Source: Plasmodiophora brassicae
Taxonomy: Eukaryota
DNA: 64,000 nt
Direction: 5' to 3'
NCBI GenBank assembly: GCA_036867785.1
Contig: CP145421.1
Coordinates: forward strand, 930,001 to 994,000
Shown: positions 1-12,725 of the stretch, one piece after another
Numbering within the stretch: the first letter of the stretch is position 1
Layout of the letters: each line of letters begins with the position of its first letter
The notes under the pieces: model-generated
The model's database searches: none
What the model saw: the letters and a program-made list of their open reading frames with translations, nothing else
What the model was told of the DNA's origin: nothing
Made by a program: the position numbers and the translations under genes

Positions 1-1018
1 CTGGGTCAGTGACGAACGGGAGCCATGGATGGAATAGCGTTACAAGGGAACCGGGCACAGAATTCGGTCAGTACCAGCGCTGTAGCCGCATCTATCGCCG
101 ACCAACATGCCGTTGTTGAGGATGCTGCACCAATCGTTAATTCCTAAGCGGCAAAGGGAACAGCAGGACGCACTTCCGATGGGTTAGTGCTGCAGCCTTC
201 GGTCTCCCCGTCGTCCCCGACGTGAACTGGATATTGATGCATTCGTTGGCGTCGTTGGGCTGTTCGTAGTTGATTGTCGGCCTCTCCAGGTCCACCTTCG
301 CGACCAGTTCAGCAAACGATATCATGCCGGGGATCGCCCGTCGTCCATCGTCATGGAGAATGTACTTCAACGAAGGGACGCTTTCCGCGTGTAGACCAGG
401 ATGGTTCGGTGACAGCGGCGCCTGATGCGACGAAAGGTTCGGGACCAAGCGACCCATGAGCTCAACGTAATCGCTGGTCTTAAGGGCAGGGGTCAGAAAC
501 AAGGCCTGCGGCAGTACCTGCAGTCAGGGAGGGCCTTCCCCTAGACTCAGCAGATGTGACCTTGCATTCGACGAGGTTGAGAGCGAACGCCAGTTCGTCC
601 TTGCGGTACGCCGGATTGATGTTGACCATAATGACGCCCAGCTTGGCAGTTGCAAATTGAACTATGGAACCCATGACCGTTATTCACATTGGAACGCCCA
701 CTGGTACCAACCAGTATAGTAGTCGGTCGTGTTGGGCAGCCAGACACCGAAACGATCGCCGTGGCGCAGCCCGAGCCAGTGCAGGGCCCTCGCCACGCGG
801 TCGACACGTTCACCCGCCGCCGCATACGTCATCCGTACACCTTCCTCGTCGGCCACCAGCGCTGTCACATTCGGGTGCTCCCTGCACGTCCGATCGAACT
901 GCGCCCCGATCGTGCACTCCAGCAGCGCCGTCGTCGTCGACCCTTTCACGTACGACAGCGCCGACGCGAACGTGCGACGGCACGACGTCCTCGACCACCG
1001 GCATGCGGTCGCGAACAT
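1..1018 (-). CDS. Medium-chain acyl-CoA synthetase (ACSF2-like, AMP-binding), multi-exon, 3' end runs off the window
   Basis: Exons encode SYVKG..LLECTIG, QFATAKLGVIMVNINPAY and the AMP-binding motif NIQFTSGTTGRPKAAALTH; Arg-rich, mitochondrial-type N-terminus MFATACRWSR. Confidence 0.85.
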
Positions 1019-1309
1019 GAAACCGCGGTGCATCAACGAGGTGATCCGGGGCGTCGTCCTGTAACTTGTAACGCGGACGCGAAACGTAAACACGCAGTGA
1101 ACAAGCCGCACAATAATGTTGAAGCGGCTTATGTTTGCAAAACGGGCACGGGTTCTTTTGTTTTTGCGCCAGGCGACGCCGCGTCACGGAGAACGCTGCG
1201 ACTGGCAGCTGCTCCCGGCGCCCCCGGTCCCCACGGGTCTCACACCGCCCATCGCAGCAACGGGAGTTCGACTCCGAGGTTCCGTCGAATCAGGGCGCGC
1301 ATTTTGACC

Positions 1310-1732
1310 ATGGCGTCGTCGTGGGCGATAGGAACGGCGACGCCGGTGCTGTCGGCGCCGCCGGCAGCGAAGCAGGCAGCGGGTGCGCCAGCTGTGAAGC
1401 AGACGCCACGCGGGGCACGTCGCGCGCTCGGGGACCTGACGAACCGGCAAGGTGCGAAGGCGCCGACGACGACCGACGGCAAGGTCGGCGTCGACGGCGA
1501 CGACATCGAGCACGTGTATGGGAGTTCGGAGCCGGCGCCGTTCGACGGCGGCATCGACATCCAGGATTACATTCGTCGAGTGCGGTCAGGCGTCGTACAC
1601 GAGGTGCGGCCGCCGTCACCCGTCGTCGTACAGGCGATCCCGGTCGACCTGCCCAGCGACCTCTTCGACGACCTGCCCGACTTTGACGATGGGTACGAGG
1701 ACGAGATCATTGAACCTCTGCCAGTCGACTGA
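1310..1732 (+). CDS. Small disordered protein with a destruction box (securin/PATRONUS-like candidate)
   Basis: 140-aa ORF from ATG 1310; D-box RRALGDLTN, then DIEHVY, with an acidic C-terminus. Confidence 0.55.
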   Translation: MASSWAIGTATPVLSAPPAAKQAAGAPAVKQTPRGARRALGDLTNRQGAKAPTTTDGKVGVDGDDIEHVYGSSEPAPFDGGIDIQDYIRRVRSGVVHEVRPPSPVVVQAIPVDLPSDLFDDLPDFDDGYEDEIIEPLPVD

Positions 1733-1785
1733 TAAACGGTATTTATAACACTCTGCGAAATTGGCAAGACGACGATGGCCGGAGA

Positions 1786-2524
1786 TTACTCTGCACGTTC
1801 TTCAGCAGTGGCCCCGCGTAGGACGGTGATCCACGCCTGGTAGTCGGCATCGTCGGTCGCCTCGAAGACATACTGCCTGTCCCGGGTCATGATCGAGAAC
1901 GCGTGCGGGCGGCCGTCGATCGCGGTGACGAGCGTTGCACCCGCTAGTGCAATGGCGCCCAGGCAGTGAATCGAGTGCCCCTCGGGGATATCCTTGAAGT
2001 AGTACATGGTCGGGTGGTCCCCATCGACAAGGACGAAGTACCTTGCGGTCCAGGACGGTCGCGATCCACCTGCGGTCAAGTCAGCGAACGCGATATTCGT
2101 TGCCGTTCGCGCGATCACCTTGCTTCCTGAGGTGGCCACGATGGATGTTCTTGCTCAAGTCGAACCACTTGGGCGGCATGACGACAGTGGGTTCCGGGTC
2201 AGCAGCCTTCCCTTCATGGCGCGTGATGGCGTCCGACAGCAGGCGGGTCCAGGTCTCAACGTCCGCATCGCTGGAGCCAACCAGATGGTAGATCTTGCTG
2301 TAGTTGCTGATCCTGAATTCGTGCTCGCGGAGGCGGCTCAGTTCGCCGGGCACCTCGATCTTCGCCTTGGCCAGGTCGATGACGCCGAGCGGCATCGAAT
2401 CGCCCGGCTTGAAGTAGTACGACAGGAACCGACCATGATGGATGAAGAAGCGCGGCTGGTACTTGGATCCGGTAGATCCGCTTCGCTTCTCCAGGAACCC
2501 GGTGTGCGATACGGGCAGGTTCAT
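1786..2524 (-). CDS. Tandem PH-domain protein (2 exons)
   Basis: GFLEKRSG..RFF..LSYY..GVIDL..W and GHLRKQG|GSRPSWTARYFVL..W; one GT-AG intron around 2070-2118 joins the two ORFs. Confidence 0.8.
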
Positions 2525-2974
2525 GAGGAGACGAGCACAGCAGAGCCCGAAGAGATTCGAACGACTTTCCGCCTCGCCTGTCGACTATTTGCCACGCCGC
2601 CCGTCAGTGGCCGCGTAATTTTAGATCAAGGTGACGTTCCCGAAATAGCGTTCCGCGTATCCAGACCGGCGAACCAGCCACCGGGCCTGCCTCATACGGC
2701 CGTCACCTTGCTCGGTACGTGCCAGCAATCAGTCACCAGGGCGACGTCCCCATGTCGTGTTGGCGCGACTTGATTCGTGACCAATACAGCCCAGCAATGG
2801 GTTGTGCTCAGCGACGGCCGCAATAATTAACGTGCAACATCGGACACACAACGGTTGAATTGTACATGGCAACTAAATTTGACCTCGACTAGTATGATGG
2901 TATGTTCAGGGCTGGGCAACGAGCGGGCATGGATGCGCGATATCGTACAGGAGCTTGCCTGGTCAGGTGCCTCT

Positions 2975-3499
2975 CTACTGCTGCTGTTCTGCCTGCTGCT
3001 GCTGCTGCTGCAGTCGCAGCTGTTGCTTGTTCACGAGACAGGTCTGCTTGTTGTGGCCCTCCCGCTTACAGACGCCGCAGGTCGTCGCTTTTCGTGGTTT
3101 CTTCGGCTGCCCTTCGACAGACGACGGCCTGGCCTTCCGGACGCCTCGCGGCGACGGAGCGCCGGAAACGATGACCCGTCCGTGTTCGACTTCGAGGCGC
3201 GCCAGCTCGTCTTGCGCGCTCTGCATGACCTGAGCGTAGAGGCGCGCGTCCCCGCAAGCGATCGCTGCGACCTGCTTGAACAGGGTCATCAGGTTCGCCT
3301 GCATCTCCTTCCTGGACAGCGGCGCGGGCACATCTTTCGCCGTGAACATGCACGGCAGCGGGATGTCGAGCGACGCCGGCGCGATCGACACGGGCGCGGG
3401 CGCGCAGTCACCGCCTACCAAGTCGTCCGTCATGATGATGCTCCCGGGGTCGTCGTCGCGCGCCGCCGCCGCCGCCGCCGCCTGCCCATCACAAAACAT
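2975..3499 (-). CDS. Protein (or exon) ending in a CCHC zinc knuckle, resembling the C-terminus of Mutator/MULE-type transposases
   Basis: RGVRKARP..KKPRKATTCGVCKREGHNKQTC followed by polyQ; no DDE domain found upstream; start uncertain. Confidence 0.4.
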   Translation of the reverse strand: MFCDGQAAAAAAARDDDPGSIIMTDDLVGGDCAPAPVSIAPASLDIPLPCMFTAKDVPAPLSRKEMQANLMTLFKQVAAIACGDARLYAQVMQSAQDELARLEVEHGRVIVSGAPSPRGVRKARPSSVEGQPKKPRKATTCGVCKREGHNKQTCLVNKQQLRLQQQQQQAEQQQ

Positions 3500-4243
3500 C
3501 CGTCAGCCATCATACGCCTATTCACGAATAAGTTCGGGTTGCCCGACCAGCCACGACGAATTGCCGACGCGCACCAAACAAGTTCCTCCAAGATTTTCCC
3601 GATTCGCCCGACGGCCCCCCACGCAACCGTCACGCAGCACCGTTGTTACGCACCCTGCCTGCTGCAACGACTGCGGGACGGTGCCGCACTGCCGCCGTAG
3701 CGCCCAACACGAAAACGCCGCCATCCGCCCATCTCCAAAAAAACACGGATGCCCGACTGCATCGTTTGTAAAGTACACGTCTAAACCAATAATTATTACT
3801 CCTAATACAGAGTTCTTCTGCCCGGCAGGTGAACGTTTGCAGTTCGCAATCGCGGCGATCGTCGATGGTCGCGACAGGACTGCGGGAGCGGAGGTGACGG
3901 AGGGACGCACCCAATCCAGAAGAACGTGGCAATCTGGAAGGGCCTGTGTGACGGGCCAGTCAGACCACGTTGGGTCGCCCAACCAGTTCTAGACCGGGGT
4001 TGGCGCTGGGTGCTCACCCACACCGTACCCAGCGGATCGCATCGTACGGGCGTTGGTCGCCTTTATATATCGGGATCGCGATAACCGGGATTGACGTCCG
4101 CCGGCGACCCGCGATCGTCGGCCGCGAAACCGGCCGAACGTTGGGCCGCCGCCGCCGCTCGCGCGCCTTTCCCTCCGAGGCGGCGACCAAGTGCTTGACG
4201 TCGGCTGGCGACCTCGAACGTGAGAAAGGCGGGCTTCTATCAG

Positions 4244-7200
4244 ATGCCTGAGGTGGCCGCTGGCCGACCCACTGGATCAATGGTGGCACCGGAACCGCCT
4301 CGCCTCGCCTCCCAGGGATCCGCCCGCGATCTCGTCCATCAGGGCTCGCTGAAAACGTTCTCCCTGCAACGCCTCGGGTCGTCGAAGAAGAACCTAGCGC
4401 TGAACGACGACCAGCGCAAACGAGACGAGTCGGCGCGCGCCTCGCTCATCGCCGATGCTGTCAAGTCGGAGCAGGAGGAGCTCACGTCCACCACCGTCGC
4501 CGATCTGCTCAAATCGTTCCGAACGGACGCTGAGAAGGTACGCGATATCGGCTGAACGTTCGTTCGGGGCTCCCTGGTATTCAGTGCTTCGCTGCAGGGG
4601 CTGACGGCCGCCGAATACGGCGAGCGCCTGACGACGCATGGCCCGAACGAGCTCGACAAGGCGCCGCCGATCCCGTTCTGGAAGCTGCTGCTCGAGCAGC
4701 TGTCCGACCTGCTCGTCATCCTGCTGATCGTGTCCTGCTGCGTGTCGTTGGCGTTCGGCAATTTCGTCGCCGCCGGCGCCATCTTCTTCATCATCGTCAT
4801 GAACGCGTCGATCGGCGTGTTCCAGGAGGCCAAGGCTGGCAAGGAACTGGAAGCGCTCGAGGCGCTGTCGTCCGACAAGTGCGATGTCGTCCGGGATGGG
4901 AGCCGGATGGTATGGGATGCGTTATGTCATGGGTTCGGCCGAGCATTGACTGAGCCGCTGCGACCCAGAATGTCGACGCGAAACTGCTGGTCCCTGGCGA
5001 CATTGTTCTGCTGTCAACTGGGCAGAAGGTCCCCGCCGATGTCCGCCTGACTGAAACACACGACATGGTCTGCGCGGAGATGGCGCTGACCGGAGAGTCG
5101 GATGGCGTCAGGAAGAACGCCGACTACGTGTTCAACAGCCACGCGACGTCGAAATCGGAAGGCGGCAAGGAGCAGACGCTGACGTCGCCCAACATGGCGT
5201 ACATGGGCTGTTCGATATTGGACGGCCGTGGCAAAGGCGTTGTCGTTCGGACGGGGATGACGACCCGCATGGGGAAGATCGCCCAGCTCCTGAACGATGC
5301 CGAAGCGGGTTTGTCGCCGCTGCAGGAGAAGCTGGAGAAGCTGGGCAAGACGCTGGGGATCATGTCCATCGCGGTCAGCCTGATCGTCCTGGTACTCGGC
5401 ATCGCCTTGAAGCGATCACCGGACCCGAAAAGCGAGTCGCCTTACTACCTGCAAATGATCATCGTGGCGGTCTCGCTGGTCGTCGCCGCCGTCCCGGAAG
5501 GGCTGCCCGCAGCCGTCACCATCACGCTGGCGCTGGGCATGCGTCGAATGGCCGATAAGCAGGTCATCATCCGCAAGTTGCATTCGGTCGAGACGCTGGG
5601 CAGCGCCACTGTGATTTGCAGCGACAAGACTGGGACGCTGACGGCGGGCGTCATGACCGTTCGCAAGATCTATTTCGGCGGGAACTCCTATCGAGTGACG
5701 GGCGAAGGATACGACCCAAACGGCAAGTTCCTCATGGGTTCCGATGACGCTGAGGTATGGGGGGAGGGGTGGCGCGTGTGTCCCACCTGTTCGTCAGAGG
5801 GGCTGAGCGTATCCCCACAGGTCGTCCCTACGGTCGACACCGGCGTTGGCCTTCTTCTGCTAGCCGGGACACTGTGCAGCAACGCGACGCTGGAGAAGAA
5901 CGCGTCCGGACAGTGGGAGTGCATGGGCAACACGTCCGAGAGGGCCATTGTTGTCGCCGCCGCGAAGGGACACATCGACGGGGGCGCGGTCCACAAGGAA
6001 TACGTTCGGGTGAAGGAGAACGTGTTCTCGTCGTCGCGGAAGGTGATGTCGGTGGTCGCTGCCAATTCTAGCGCGCGCCCGTATCGGTTCCCTACCCTGG
6101 ATCAACCCGCGTCTCACATCGGAATCGTCAAAGGTCGGCACTGTTCGCCATCGTCGACACAAGCGGTTGCTAACGGGATGTATGTAAGGGGCGCCGAACG
6201 TTGTCATCCGCCTGTGCAAGCACCAGATTGTTGTCGGGGCCTCGGGCGATCTCACTGTACAACCGCTGAAACCGCTTGATGTCGACGCCCTCCTGAGCGT
6301 TGTGGATGACTACTCGTCCCTGGCGCTGCGCGTCCTCGCTGTCGCGTACAAGCCGTTCACGAGTGCACCTGATAGCCCGTCGCCGGAGACGGTCGAATGC
6401 GACCTCGTCTTTGTCGGCCTGTTCGCATCGATTGATCCCGAGCGCCGCGAGGTGATCCAGGCCATTGCTGACGCGCATACCGCGTCTGTTCGCGTCTGCA
6501 TGATCACCGGCGACTACATCAAGACCGCCAAGGCGATTGCCGAGAATATCGGCCTGCTGCCGAAGGGGGCGTCGTCGAACCTTGCCATCGACTGCGAAGT
6601 GATTCGCGAGATTGGGACCAGCATTGACAAGTACGAGGAGCGGTTGAAAGCGAAGGACCTGCCGAAAGACGAGCAGGAATCCCTGCAAGAATCCCTGACG
6701 CAGGCGTATGCTCGAGTAGACGCCATCACGGAGGTCGCCGACGTCTACGCCAGAGCGAAGCCCGAAGACAAAATGACGATCGTGAAGTCTCTGCAACGGC
6801 AAGGCCATGTCTGTGCCATGACCGGTGACGGTGTCAACGATGCCCCCGCGTTGAAGCAAGCGAACATTGGAATTGCGATGGGAATTGCTGGGACGGACGT
6901 CGCCAAGGCTGCGGCGACAATGGTCCTCATGACGGACAACTTTGCGTCCATCGTCATGGCCATCGAGGAAGGTCGAACCATTTACGCCAACATCAGCAAG
7001 TTCGTCTTTTACCTGCTATCGACGAACATCAGCGAAGTCCTCCTGCTGTTTATCTCCATGTGCATGGACATGCCCGTGCCGCTTAACGCCGTCCAGATTC
7101 TCTGGCTGAACCTCAGCACGGACGGGGCACCCGCTGTCGCCCTTGCCATTGAAAAGGTAGGGAATGTGTTTTGTCTTCGTAGGCCACATTCCTAACAAAG

Positions 7201-7876
7201 TCGCATCTGCAGACCGACCCCGGTACGATGTTGCGGCCGCCTCGCAAACGATCGGAACCGTTGATCGACAAGTTCATGTGGGTCGGCATTATCGTTCAGG
7301 TCCGTGCCCCGTCCGCTGGGAGGGGCAATTTCGTTACTGACCCGCGCCATACAGACGATCACTTTGACGTCCTGCTGCATCATCGTCTACGGCATGGGCC
7401 TGCTGTGGTACACGGGCGATTTCTACGGACGCAACGGCGAATTGCCCAACTCCAGCGATGGTCTGCAAATGGCGCAGACGATGACGATCATGTTTATTTG
7501 TTCGGCCGAGCTGTTCCGAGCGTATACGTGCAGATCGCAGCGCGTGTCACTGTTTGAGATGGGGTTCCTGTCCAACGTCTACATGCACGCTTCCGTCATC
7601 ATCGCGCTGTTCGCCACGCTCAGCATTTCGTTGATTCCCGGCCTGCAGACAGTGTTCGGCACGACGTTCCTCAGCGATTACAGAGGTTACGTGCTCGTCT
7701 TCACGATGGCCTTCGTGCCCGCCCTCGTCGACGAAATCACGAAAATGATCCTAAGGATGATTCATTTCGGGGAACCCAGGGCGCAGTTCCGACGCTCGGC
7801 GGTCCACGACCTGGCGCACTCTGTCGCGATCAACGTGTCGCCCGGGTCCCGCTATAACCTGAACACGAATATGTGA
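4244..7876 (+). CDS. Type II P-type cation ATPase (ATP4-like/IIA), multi-exon
   Basis: [18 protein letters not shown] phosphorylation motif, [17 protein letters not shown] and [18 protein letters not shown], split by short GT-AG introns. Confidence 0.93.
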
Positions 7877-8027
7877 TAGGAGCAGACTTCTCGGACCCCC
7901 CTCCCCAGATGCTCTTCACTATTACCCCCTCTTACAGTATTAAATTTACAGATCAGTCCTATCCTGCCGTTTTATCCACTGATGCGCACAACCGAGGCCT
8001 GGCATTGTCTTCTACATTGTGGGCGGT

Positions 8028-9877
8028 TTACAATCTCGACGGCCGTCCGGACGGTGTACAGAGTGGCCGCTGAAGGCACCACCGCCGTGCGAACGCGACA
8101 TCGTCTGCGGATCCCGTTCTCCCAGCGTGGCCAATCATGAGCGCAGCGGACGTCAACTCACCGAGCTGAAACAGAAGCTTGCGCGCGTTGTGTTCTTGCA
8201 TCAGCGCCGGCAGGGTGTCCTTGATTTGTCTTACCTCTGCTGACATGCGAGCCGCGCAGACAGGGTCCACGGGTTGCCCGCTGACCTCTTTGCCTAACGT
8301 GGACCACAGCAACTCGGGCATGCCCTGCTTGTCCAGCACCTTACGCGTATCGAGAGCGAGAACGTTCGTGGTCCCCTCCCAGATAGTGTTGACCTGGCAG
8401 TCACGAAGGAGACGAGGCAGCCTATATATTCACCATCAGACAGCGATACGAAGAGCGGCGGGATGCGCTTACCCAGCGTCTTCCATATACCCTTGACCGC
8501 CAAGGGCTTCCAGGCACTCGCTGATTGCCAGAACGCTCATCTTGGATACCCAGGCCTTGGCAACTGGCGTCAGCAGGCGCAGCAGCTGGTCGTCATCGGC
8601 GGTGCCGTCGCCGGACTCAACTGTACCCAGCAGACGAACGACAAAGAACGTCAAGTGCATGCAGGCACGACAAACCGCCTCGAGATCGCGCAAGGTTTCC
8701 ATATGAAGCGGATGTTCGTTCAGCAGTTTCCCAAACGCACGCCTCTTCGAACTGTACGACGTGGCGATTGCCAGGGCGCGACGAAGGAACGAGACAGAGT
8801 TGACCGCCGTATGCAGGCGGGTAATATTCAGCAGCGTCGCAATGGTGGCAACGCCCCGGCCAGGTTCGCCGACAAGGCGCGCCCGCATGCCGACCAGTTC
8901 AAGTTCGGCCGTGGGCACTGCTCGCGTGCCCAGTTTCCGCTTCAGACGCTGGATGCGGATCCCATTCAACGCACCCGACGCTGTGCGTATTTCCGTGTAG
9001 AACAGCGACAGGCGGGGCGAATCGCCGATTCGTGCCAGCAGGAACGCCATGTCGGAATCGGTCGCCGACGAGAAGAACTTGAATCCGTTAACAACGTATG
9101 CGTCGTCGGCGACATGCGTCGCAACAGTCTCCGTCCTGCTAACGTCGCTTCCACCCTGGGAACGCCAGCACATCGTCAGCATGTTGGTGCGCATTGAAGC
9201 GGCGTGGTCGAACCGGGCGCTCTGTCATCCACTGGCCAGAAGTCTGAAAACCCTTGTCAGCTTGTGCCAGCCAAGACGACATCGTTGCCAGCAAACCCAG
9301 AATGTGGCAGGGTCGCGCGACGTCAAGCATTGGAACGCCTTTCTGAATGCCTCATCAGTGCCACCATGAATCTTGAGGATTCGTGCAGCGCCGTCCGCCA
9401 TGGCCTAGGGGACACTTGAGCAGGCAGGCGCGACGGTTCCAAGGGGCTCAGCTGCTGCCCGACCAGTGGGCACGTGTACACGGCGCTCGATGATGCGAAT
9501 AGGTAGTACTTGGCGAACTGGTACAGTCGCGCGTGCCGGCCGTACCGTTCGTCGTACGCGATGGCAATAAGGCCCTCCGTCGCCGAGGTCGCTTTCATGT
9601 GCTTCCACCCCGCGCTCGTGTGGATACGATCTCGACGGCGCCCCCAGGCGTCGTACTGGACGAGCTCCGGCGGGTGCGCCTCGGCATCGGCGACCGCGTC
9701 CAGCATGACCTCGTCGACCACGACCGCCCCGAACCGTGTCAGGTCGCGGACAACCTCCCCGTACAGGTCCCCGGGCATGGACGCGTGCGCCAGGATCGAC
9801 CGCAGCACGGCGTCGTCCTCGAACTGGTTCGACAGGGCCGGCGGGTCCTGGAAGAACCCCGTCGCCGACGACGCCAT
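8028..9877 (-). CDS. Acyl-CoA dehydrogenase, AidB-like subfamily, multi-exon
   Basis: GFFQDPP, YTCPL|AMADG, SGQWMTE, GGSDVS, NGFKFFSSA, KLGTRAVPTAE, GGQGYMED, TIWEGTTNVL. Confidence 0.88.
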
Positions 9878-9937
9878 TCCCCGTTGCCGTCCACGTCCCC
9901 ACCCGACTGACGAATTGAAAAATGACGGTCCTTCCTG

Positions 9938-10194
9938 CCCCCAGTCGCCCCCCGGTGGTCCCACTCGGCACTACACTCCCCCAGTCGCCCCCCTGTGGAC
10001 CCACTCGGCACTACACTCCCCCAGTCGCCCCCCGGTGGCCCCACTCGGCACTACACTCCCCCAGTCGCCCCCCGGTGGCCCCACTCGGCACTACACTCCC
10101 CCAGTCGCCCCCCGGTGGACCCACTCGGCACTACACTCCCCCAGTCGCCCCCCGGTGGACCCACTCGGCACTACACTCCCCCAGTCGCCCCCCG
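9938..10194. repeat. Minisatellite: six full copies plus one partial copy of a 40-bp unit CCAGTCGCCCCCCGGTGG(A/C/T)CCCACTCGGCACTACACTCCC
   Basis: Units start at 9941, 9981, 10021, 10061, 10101, 10141 and 10181 (partial); head-to-tail with no spacers. Confidence 0.97.
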
Positions 10195-10334
10195 CCGGTG
10201 ACTCTTGCCGGCTCTGTCCGGAACCTGCAGACACAGGTCCGCCGAAGCAATACGAACACGGCGGTTTCAGTTCCCGAATACGGTTTACCGAGTATGTAGC
10301 CGTTGTATGTTAGGGGAGGCGGCGGCCGCCGCTC

Positions 10335-11808
10335 CTACTGGTCCTGCAGGTCGGACGGTTCGGCAGAGATGGACAGGTCGAGTTTCGTGCCGGTGATGCG
10401 CTCGTAGATCTCGATGACGTTGACGGCATCCTGCTGGAAGTGGGACGTCGGGTCGAACGACTTCGGGATGAAGACGCGGTCGTTGGTGCCGTCGCCCGTC
10501 GGCGAGTACATGTCGGACTCGAAGAAGAAGTCGGCGAGGGTGCGGCCCAGGAGCCGGACGGCGTGCCCCAGTTCCCGCTTGGAGTCCGACGTCTCAACGA
10601 CCGAGCTGATCATCGCCAGGTACTTGCCCTGGGCCGCAACGTTGTGCGCGTGGGACACGCACGACACGTAGATGTCGTTCTTGCGGCCCGTGTGCTTGAA
10701 CGGGATAATGATCTGGCAGGAGTCCGCCCCCGATGTCCCGTCGATCGGGTGATCCAGGATGAACAGCCAGCGTGCCACCTTGCCGGTCTTGACGACCTTC
10801 TTCGTATCCAGGAAGTAGGACGGGTCACCAATGATTAGCGGGGCGCGCGCCTCCTCCCCGTTCGACCGGATACCACGCGCCTTGCCTTGCTCGTCGTACA
10901 GGACCTCCTGGACCGGGCGGTTCAGCATGAACGTGCCGCCGTGAATGGCAGCGAGACGGCTGAACCCCTCGGGAAGGCCACCCAGGCCGTAGATCGGGTA
11001 GATGAACGGCGAGTTGCCGTAACGGGACACAGAGTACGCGTACAGTTGAATCTTCTCGACCGTGTCGAGCGCCGACTGTTGCAGGTAGTCGTCGTTCGTG
11101 TGCAGAGCGATGGCGTGGCCCGTGAACGCCTGCGTGTTGTCGTCCAGCTTCCAGTAATTGTACAGGTCGGCCGTTGTGCATTCGGCGGCGTTGCGACCCT
11201 GATGCGTCGACGGGTCGGCCTGATTGTACCCGGACACCATCTAGCCCAGACACGCCGGTAAGTCAGAACGGGTGCACCAGGCAATGAAGCGGAGCTGGGA
11301 CCTGGAGGAAGCTCTTGAACCTGTGTTTCTGCATGAACCCCATGAGGCTGGACGCAACGGCCTCGGCGGGCGTCGCCGGGACTTTATGAATGGCGTCATC
11401 CTTGTAGACGTAGCAGCCCGACATGCTCTTAAACTCCAGGTACCGCGTGACCTGGACACGTTACGCACACACACATGTTAGCCGTCACAACAATGACGAA
11501 CCCTAAAGCACATGACGGCACACCTTGGTGTGCAGCAGCATCTTGACCAGGTTGCCGCAGGCCATAATGAATTTCGGGCATAGGTCGGCGCAGTAGTATT
11601 TCGACAGGCCGAGCGTCGCCTCGTCCGGCGTCTCGTTCGGCTTGAACTTGCGGTACAGCTGGTTCAGGTTCAGCGACGCGCCCTCGCCGCCGTAGTAGTC
11701 GTTCCGGTCCAGGTGCAGGACTTTCTTCCCCGACACGGACAGCAGGCCGCTCAGGATGCACTCCTTCAGGCCGGTCCCCAGGATGATCACATCGTAGTCC
11801 TCGTTCAT
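10335..11808 (-). CDS. GDI1: Rab GDP-dissociation inhibitor
   Basis: [73 protein letters not shown]. Confidence 0.97.
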
Positions 11809-12084
11809 GGTCGCTGGTACTTACTCGCCGGCGCCGACCGGATCGCCGCCGCACGTCAACCAGGCCGCTGACCACAACGCACCAAAAAAGAACAATGGCA
11901 TTGGCCGGCGGAGGGTGGTTCAATCCCCAAAACAACAAACCCACGACCGGTCGGCAGACTCATAACGAAGATAGGCCTCAAATCGACAGTTGCCGCCGTC
12001 GGGCGTCGGCCACTGTCTTGCGTAGCGCGCCTCCTATCAGCACCCACCGAGCGGACTGACTGTCTACAACGTGCAACTGGGTCT

Positions 12085-12555
12085 CTATTTGAGCACTGGG
12101 CAAAAGTGTGAGAGGTATTGCTCGGGGAGCGGCTGGGTCAGGTCGACGTCCGGCGGCGGGGTCTTCTTGATCCGGTATATCTTCTTGCGCTTGCCCATCT
12201 CCGCCAGGATCTTCCGCAGCTTGCCGTCGTCGTCGATCTTCCCCAGCGGGCCGTCCGGGACGCGCTCCTTGGCGTCGAACACGATCTTCTTCAGCCGTTG
12301 ATACGAGACCGGGTAGTGCCTGACGATCAGCCTGTACAGCGCCTTGCTCGGGCTTTCGTACCGCGGCGGGCGGAACGGCCGCGGGTGCGCCTGCGCCCGA
12401 CGCGCCTCACTCTCCGACATGGGCCTCGGTGCCGCCGCCCGCTTCACACGCCAGGGCACCGCCCCGGGCGGCACGTTCGCTGTCGTCGTCGGCGCCGTCA
12501 CGTACGGCCGGATCATCCCCGGGCATGCCCGGCGGACCAGGCGCAGCAGCAGCAT
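12085..12555 (-). CDS. Small basic uncharacterised protein, paralog of 12726-13190
   Basis: Intronless ORF; shares YxSPSKAL..I.RH.PV...RI.K.VF..K.R.PDGP....DD..KL.KIL..M..R.KIY...E.YL.HF.PV.K with its neighbour. Confidence 0.7.
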   Translation of the reverse strand: MLLLRLVRRACPGMIRPYVTAPTTTANVPPGAVPWRVKRAAAPRPMSESEARRAQAHPRPFRPPRYESPSKALYRLIVRHYPVSYQRLKKIVFDAKERVPDGPLGKIDDDGKLRKILAEMGKRKKIYRIKKTPPPDVDLTQPLPEQYLSHFCPVLK

Positions 12556-12725
12556 GGCCCGAGTGCTGCCTGCCTGCCTCGTGGTAGTACTGTGACACGT
12601 CTCGCGGCGTTTTCGTGCTGGTCCCTCTCCACCAGTCTCCTCCACACGGCGCGCCCCGCTGCTCCGTAATTGCGGCGCGCCGCTGACTGACCACCGGTGG
12701 GTTCAATCCCGCCTAATAGGCCAGC

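Noticed and set aside
9938-10194. CRISPR-like array
   Set aside because: The units are contiguous with no unique spacers, there are no cas genes, and the context is eukaryotic; this is a minisatellite
12696-12713. tRNA T-arm/B-box-like GGTTCAATCCC (also at 11917-11927)
   Set aside because: No D-arm, anticodon arm or acceptor stem can be folded; at most a promoter motif
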